Below are positions 56,562-61,839 of a DNA stretch of 61,839 nt, piece by piece. The DNA is from a virus (taxonomy: Duplodnaviria > Caudoviricetes). The first letter of the stretch is position 1. The number at the start of each line of letters is the position of its first letter. The notes under the pieces were generated by a model. That model was given only the letters and a program-made list of their open reading frames with translations, was not told where the DNA came from and made no database searches. The stretch spans positions 1-61,839 of the IMG/VR virus record IMGVR_UViG_3300021185_002489; one strand, given 5' to 3'. The translations under genes and the position numbers were made by a program.

Positions 56562-57544
56562 TGCCAGTATACAAAGGAAACACGGAAGTTACCAGCGGAA
56601 ACCTATATAAAGGATCTACTGAGATTCAGGATGGCTATAAAGCTACAGATTCTTTTTATGTTAATCAAACTGTAATATCTTTTAGTGATTATCCTGGGGT
56701 TACCCCTAATCCTAAAACATTTTCAGGAGTTCCTGGTGATCCAGTTTCTCCAGCAGCAAATGTATCTTGGAGTATAACAGCACCATCTGGTCAAGCTTAT
56801 CAAAATGCTCCAACTATATCTGGATTACAATCGCCTTTTACTTACAGCGTAAGTGGATATGGTAGTGTAAGTAATACAACTGCAACTTTTACTGTATCAG
56901 GGCCAACAACATATCCATCAAATGGAGTATCTTCTGATTATGATGATCTAACAATATCAGCACCAACTTCTACGGTTAATTCAGCTACTTTAACAATAAC
57001 AACACCTAACTTTAGTGGTGGTGGAGGGAGTAGTTTTGGAAGTACAGTTACTGGAAGTATACGAGGTGCATCAATAACAAATAATACAACAGGTGGATCA
57101 GGAACTTCTTGCAGCGCTGGTGCTTATGGTTTTCAAGAGTGGAGTATACCTGGAGTTCCCTCCGCAAATCCTTCTCCATTCCAAGGTACTGTATCAAAAT
57201 CAGTGCCTAATATGCCAGCCCCTGGAAGTTACAGTGGAACAGTACAAAGTGTAGGACCCTTAACATGGGCAGCTTGGCAAACATTTACACCATATACGCC
57301 AGCGCCTGGAGATTCATGGTGTCCTTCACCTCAATATAGTGCTTGTTGGACATTTTCAGCAACTTGGACTGGATCAGGAGGTGGAACTTTAAACCAAAAT
57401 TTTAGTGCTTTAGCTCCTTATAGCTGCTCAGTATACGCAAACTATATAATAAGATGTACCTCAGCAACACCATATAAAATTCGAGGTAATTTTAGTAGTT
57501 CTGGAGGTTATGGCGGTAGTTGCTATATTGATTATACATTATAA
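56561..57544 (+). CDS. Distal fibre/adhesin, S/T/G/P-rich with a Cys-rich C-terminus
   Basis: Coupled to the adaptor; 6 Cys in the C-terminal half. Confidence 0.5.
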   Translation: MPVYKGNTEVTSGNLYKGSTEIQDGYKATDSFYVNQTVISFSDYPGVTPNPKTFSGVPGDPVSPAANVSWSITAPSGQAYQNAPTISGLQSPFTYSVSGYGSVSNTTATFTVSGPTTYPSNGVSSDYDDLTISAPTSTVNSATLTITTPNFSGGGGSSFGSTVTGSIRGASITNNTTGGSGTSCSAGAYGFQEWSIPGVPSANPSPFQGTVSKSVPNMPAPGSYSGTVQSVGPLTWAAWQTFTPYTPAPGDSWCPSPQYSACWTFSATWTGSGGGTLNQNFSALAPYSCSVYANYIIRCTSATPYKIRGNFSSSGGYGGSCYIDYTL

Positions 57545-57572
57545 TAAATTAAATTAAATTAAATTAAATTAA

Positions 57573-57800
57573 ATGAAAGTATATAAAACAACTAATTGCG
57601 AGCAATGTGCTCAAGTAGAAGTATCAGAAGAACTTAATATAAAAACTGTTTTTATAGATAGTTCAGATTATTCTGGATTTGCTCCAGAAACAGTTCCTGT
57701 ACTTCAAGTGGAGCCAGGGTTCAATGTAAATGGAGCACAATATATTAACAATTTTTTAAAAACTATAAAATCTGCACAAGATGGATTTTACAAAAAATAA
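57573..57800 (+). CDS. Glutaredoxin/NrdH-like CxxC protein
   Basis: VYKTTNCEQC...TVPVL...VNG. Confidence 0.65.
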   Translation: MKVYKTTNCEQCAQVEVSEELNIKTVFIDSSDYSGFAPETVPVLQVEPGFNVNGAQYINNFLKTIKSAQDGFYKK

Positions 57801-57936
57801 AGGTTTAGGTGATACAGTTAAAACAATGACAGATTTTACTGGTATAACTAAAGTAGTTAATGTAATTACAGGAGGCAATTGCAATTGCAATAAAAGACAA
57901 GAATGGCTAAATAAAAAAATACCATATAAAAATTAA
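57781..57936 (+). CDS. Small protein (KGLGDT...CNC..R..LN)
   Basis: Read manually. Confidence 0.55.
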   Translation: MDFTKNKGLGDTVKTMTDFTGITKVVNVITGGNCNCNKRQEWLNKKIPYKN

Positions 57937-57939
57937 AAA

Positions 57940-58095
57940 ATGGCAAATTTAACAAACATAATAGGTGGTCAACCTTACTACGATGCTGCTAATGCAAACT
58001 CAGAATCTTTATTAAGTTTTTGGAAAGGCACGCAAGCTCAATACGATGCAATAAGCACCAAAGATGCTAAAACATTATACTTAATTACAGCATAG
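57940..58095 (+). CDS. Second small tail-fibre adaptor
   Basis: Read manually: FWKGTQAQYDAISTKDAKTLYLITA, paralogous to 56343-56561. Confidence 0.6.
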   Translation: MANLTNIIGGQPYYDAANANSESLLSFWKGTQAQYDAISTKDAKTLYLITA

Positions 58096-58974
58096 ATGCC
58101 TATAAACTTATTCAATAATCCTTTATCCTCAATTAAGTTGGGAGCTGATAACATTCTAAAAGGATATATTGGTAACAGTCAAATATTTCCTAATAATACA
58201 GAAATAACAGCGGCAGCATTTACTAATTCTAATATAGCTAATACAGGAGGAAATACTCCTTATGTTGTTACAGGAGATATAGGGTCTTCATTTACTCTAA
58301 CAGGAAGTAATGGTGCAACCGCTCCTAGCGGAACGCAGGTTATATCGTCCAGCCCTGCTACGTATCAAATAGCAATAGCAGATCAATCTGCTACTTGTGG
58401 CTCTTCTCAAAGAAATGCGCAGGTTGTTATAGCTGCTCAGGGTAATACTGTTTTAGCTAGTGGCTTAAACAATACAGACACTATAGTACAAGCGGCTGGT
58501 CCAGTAAATCAAACAAATAATAATTCATTATCAATTTCTGCTGTAAATACAGTATACAATACTGTAACAGTAGGAGGGCAGTTGCAATGGAGTACTGGTG
58601 CCAAATGGAGGGTTACAATAAATTATACCGCAGGTATACAAAACGCTGTAGAACACATTAGAGCTAGATTCACTAATCCAGCTACCCCAAATCAATTTCC
58701 TGTTTACAGTCCTGCTAATCCTATATCACCAGGATTAGGCACTTGGCTTTACGGGGGAGGTGGTAATCCTGCTGGTGTAAAAACAGGTTTTGTATTTGCA
58801 TCAGGAGGTGCGGATATAGTTAACCCAGCTAGCGGAACTTACTCTTTTGATATAACAATAGGTTCTAACGTAGGCTCTCATCCTTATGTTAATTTTTATA
58901 CCGACCTAACACCAGCAGCGGGTTGTTATACCACAGCGGTTTCATCAGCGTCAACTGGACTTATATATCCTTAA
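58096..58974 (+). CDS. Distal fibre/adhesin
   Basis: N-terminal SIKLG...KGYIGNSQIF; follows the adaptor. Confidence 0.5.
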   Translation: MPINLFNNPLSSIKLGADNILKGYIGNSQIFPNNTEITAAAFTNSNIANTGGNTPYVVTGDIGSSFTLTGSNGATAPSGTQVISSSPATYQIAIADQSATCGSSQRNAQVVIAAQGNTVLASGLNNTDTIVQAAGPVNQTNNNSLSISAVNTVYNTVTVGGQLQWSTGAKWRVTINYTAGIQNAVEHIRARFTNPATPNQFPVYSPANPISPGLGTWLYGGGGNPAGVKTGFVFASGGADIVNPASGTYSFDITIGSNVGSHPYVNFYTDLTPAAGCYTTAVSSASTGLIYP

Positions 58975-58983
58975 TAAAATAAT

Positions 58984-59694
58984 ATGGCAAGAATAAAATT
59001 ATATCCCAACGATACAGTTATCACAGGTGGTGACCGTTTAGTTGGAACGGATATAAACGGTAATACTACAAAAAATTACCAGATAGAGGAAATTGCTAAA
59101 TATTTTGCGAAGTCAAGCACAGCTGATTCAACTGGTATTGGTTTTCAATTTAATTATGCCGGAAAATATACGGGAGGTTCTTTAGAAAGTGGTGACTTTA
59201 GATATGAAGTTAATCCCACTGCACCCACACAATTTGGTTGGGCAAATATTACAGGTATAGCATTTTCAAGATATACAGCTAATAATACAGATATTCAACC
59301 TATAGTTGATTTATATAAAAATCAAATTATAAAAATAACGGATATTGGAACAGCTAACCCTCAAAATTATAGCGTATATAAGATAACTAGTATAACTAGT
59401 TTAAATAACGCTTACTTGTTTTCTTTAGTTCAGCAAGGTGGTGCGGGTGAGCCTGCAACATCTGTAATAGCTTTATCAGCAACAGGTATATCAACTTCAG
59501 ATGTGTTCTTTACGTTTACACAATCAAACGCTTCGGCTGTTTGGAATGTAGAACATAATTTAAAAAAATTTCCAAGTGTTACAATTATAGATAGCGCTAA
59601 CAGCATAGTGTATGGAAATACTACATATATTGACGAAAACAACTTAACAATAAATTTTTCTGCTCCTTTTTCCGGAAAGGCATACTTAAACTAA
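58984..59694 (+). CDS. Tail fibre base protein
   Basis: MARIKLY...DRLVGTD...TKNY; C-terminal WNVEHNLKKFPSV...FSGKAYLN. Confidence 0.55.
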   Translation: MARIKLYPNDTVITGGDRLVGTDINGNTTKNYQIEEIAKYFAKSSTADSTGIGFQFNYAGKYTGGSLESGDFRYEVNPTAPTQFGWANITGIAFSRYTANNTDIQPIVDLYKNQIIKITDIGTANPQNYSVYKITSITSLNNAYLFSLVQQGGAGEPATSVIALSATGISTSDVFFTFTQSNASAVWNVEHNLKKFPSVTIIDSANSIVYGNTTYIDENNLTINFSAPFSGKAYLN

Positions 59695-59703
59695 AACAAA
59701 AAA

Positions 59704-60663
59704 ATGGCAATAAAATATTTAAACAATGTAGACTTAACGAAAAACGAGCTACAGAACGCCGTAATTCAGGTATTAGCAACAGCTCCCTCAGGAGCGGTTG
59801 AAGGACAGGTATATTACGATTCTACAGATGATGTAATAAAATTTTATAATGGTACAGCCTGGGTATCAGCGGGAGGTGATTTAACTGCGATTACCACAGC
59901 TACTGCTGACCAGTTAACAATAACGGATAGCACTGGACCAATACCAAATATCGACATTGTAACTAGCGCTGTTACAAACGCAGGTGTTGAATTAGCTACA
60001 GGTGATCAAATTTATGATTTTGTAACCACAGGTATTAATGCTAGAATACAAAATGTAACTGATCCTACGAGTGCTCAGGATGTTGCTACAAAAAATTATG
60101 TAGACACTATTGCAACTGGGCTTTTAGAATATAAGGGAGGATATGATGCCTCTACTAACACCCCTGATTTAGATACAGCTACTAACATAGCTATTGATAA
60201 AGGTGATGCGTATACTGTTACTGTAGATGGTTTATTTTTTACAGAGCAAGTAAGAGTAGGTGACTTTATTATAGCTGAAACTGCTATAGCTGCAGGAGCG
60301 GGAGGTTCATTAAGTGATTTTACAATTGTACAATCTAATGTTGATTTAGCTACAGCAGCAGCAACATCAGGTGCAGCAGTTAAAGGTATATCTGGATACG
60401 ATTCCGCAGACTTTTCTGTAACAGCTGGTTTTGTATCACTTGAAACAAAAACATATAAAGCTTTAATAGGTAATGGTACATTAACAACAATACCTGTTAC
60501 ACATGGTTTAAATAGTCAAGATTTAATTATACAACTATTTGACGCGTCTACAAACGAAACTGTTTATGCAGACGTAGTAAGAACAAGTGCATCTCAAGTT
60601 GATGTAACTTTTTCAGTGGCGCCTACGTCAAATGCAATAAAAATACTTATTCAGAAAATATAA
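59704..60663 (+). CDS. Tail fibre protein
   Basis: IQNVTDPTSAQDVATKNYVD, YKGGYDASTNTP and VTHGLNS motifs. Confidence 0.65.
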   Translation: MAIKYLNNVDLTKNELQNAVIQVLATAPSGAVEGQVYYDSTDDVIKFYNGTAWVSAGGDLTAITTATADQLTITDSTGPIPNIDIVTSAVTNAGVELATGDQIYDFVTTGINARIQNVTDPTSAQDVATKNYVDTIATGLLEYKGGYDASTNTPDLDTATNIAIDKGDAYTVTVDGLFFTEQVRVGDFIIAETAIAAGAGGSLSDFTIVQSNVDLATAAATSGAAVKGISGYDSADFSVTAGFVSLETKTYKALIGNGTLTTIPVTHGLNSQDLIIQLFDASTNETVYADVVRTSASQVDVTFSVAPTSNAIKILIQKI

Positions 60664-60671
60664 TTTAAATT

Positions 60672-61839
60672 ATGGCTAATCGTTTTCTTAATAATATAAG
60701 AATAAATGACGCCTACACTTTTCCAGATGATGATGGAACCGTAGGGCAGGCAATTCTCACGGATGGGGCGGGTAATCTTTCATTTGGAACGGTAGCCTCT
60801 GGGGAAGCTGAGGCTGCTCTTAAAATAGTGTTAACTGTTAAGAATGTATCTGGTGGAACTTTAACCGCAGGTACTATAGTTTTTGCCTCTCCTACCTCAA
60901 ACCCTCCAAGTGGTAACGTATTAGAAGTAGACGTTGCAGATAATGCGTCAGCTTCTACAATGCCTGCTGTAGGTATTTTATCCGAACAGATAGCGGATGA
61001 TGCTGAGGGAGATTGTGTAGCGTTTGGAAGGGCTGCTGGGTTTTCAACAACTGGATTTACAGAGGGAGATCCGGTGTGGGTTGGATCTAATGGAGGTTTT
61101 GTGGGAACCAAACCAACAGGAACGGCTCTAATACAAAGAGTAGGGCAGATAGTTAAGGTGCACGGTTCTAATGGTAGCATTGAAGTATTTGGTGCGGGAA
61201 GATCAAATGATGTTCCTAATATACCTCAAGATCAACTATGGCTCGGTAATTCAAGCGGTGTTGCAACAGCTACAAGTCATACTGTAGAAAACATATCTAA
61301 TGTAACTGTTTCTTCTAAAACTGACGGGCAAGCATTAGTATGGGATGCTACAAATAGCTATTGGAAAAATGGTACTGTTTCTGGTGGTGGAGGTGGTGGA
61401 ACTGTGAATGTAGAAAAAAATATATATACAGGAGACGGCTCGGATACAACATTTGATACTTCAACTGCAATTGTAAATGAAAACAATGTTCAAGTATATA
61501 TAGATGGTGTTTACCAATCAAAAGATAACTATACTACAAGTGGAAGTACTGTAACATTTTCTACGGCGCCTCCTAATACTGCGTCGGTTGAATTAATACA
61601 CATGGTAGGTGTCTCTGGTATAATAGCTAGCGACGATTTTACAGGTAATGGTTCAACAACAGCGTTTGTACTCTCTATGAGTATCACAAATGAAAATGCC
61701 ACGCAAGTATATATTGATGGTGTTTATCAAAGTAAAAATAATTATACAACTTCCGGTAGTACACTAACGTTCTCCACCGCACCACCGAACGGTGCTGCCG
61801 TAGAAGTTGTTCATATAAAAGCTGTTGATTCTTCATCAT
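60672..61839 (+). CDS. Tail fibre protein, 3'-truncated
   Basis: Read manually: open from ATG 60672 (MANRFLNNI...) to the window end; two tandem GDGS.T.F...VYIDGVYQ...TFSTAPP repeats. Confidence 0.75.
   Translation, partial: MANRFLNNIRINDAYTFPDDDGTVGQAILTDGAGNLSFGTVASGEAEAALKIVLTVKNVSGGTLTAGTIVFASPTSNPPSGNVLEVDVADNASASTMPAVGILSEQIADDAEGDCVAFGRAAGFSTTGFTEGDPVWVGSNGGFVGTKPTGTALIQRVGQIVKVHGSNGSIEVFGAGRSNDVPNIPQDQLWLGNSSGVATATSHTVENISNVTVSSKTDGQALVWDATNSYWKNGTVSGGGGGGTVNVEKNIYTGDGSDTTFDTSTAIVNENNVQVYIDGVYQSKDNYTTSGSTVTFSTAPPNTASVELIHMVGVSGIIASDDFTGNGSTTAFVLSMSITNENATQVYIDGVYQSKNNYTTSGSTLTFSTAPPNGAAVEVVHIKAVDSSS

Noticed and set aside
1-61839. Stop-codon reassignment as in some crAss-like phages
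   Set aside because: Long genes are intact under the standard code; TAG and TGA end genes normally; no suppressor tRNA.

Overview
This window is most of a lytic, AT-rich podovirus-type dsDNA phage genome, probably infecting marine Bacteroidota (Flavobacteriia). The host is inferred from A-rich starts without Shine-Dalgarno sequences and a Q-rule signal peptide; the GroEL-encoding organisation resembles Cellulophaga phi38:1-like phages. The window starts and ends inside tail-fibre genes, so it is probably a near-complete circularly permuted genome. + strand 1-30175: tail fibre, lysis, terminase, portal, scaffold, capsid, tail and ejection proteins, including a 2225-aa giant. - strand 30283-47998: class I RNR, ThyA, MazG, primase-helicase, SSB, exonuclease, ERF, a sigma-like factor, DNA ligase, a small RNA cluster and early genes. 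+ strand 48488-end: basic proteins, GroEL/GroES and tail fibres. Main leads: (1) a candidate two-step sigma cascade, made of a sigma70-like segment inside the giant virion protein, six TACGTTACA-N14-GTGATAATATA early promoters, a stand-alone sigma factor and two GTCCCTTT-N8-ATTGCACTATAATAT sites; (2) a 224-codon lipoprotein gene overprinted inside terL; (3) a 76-nt tmRNA-like RNA with alanine identity and no tag frame; (4) a T7 Ocr-like DNA mimic; (5) no recognisable DNA polymerase. All homology calls are by-eye motif recognition, not database results.
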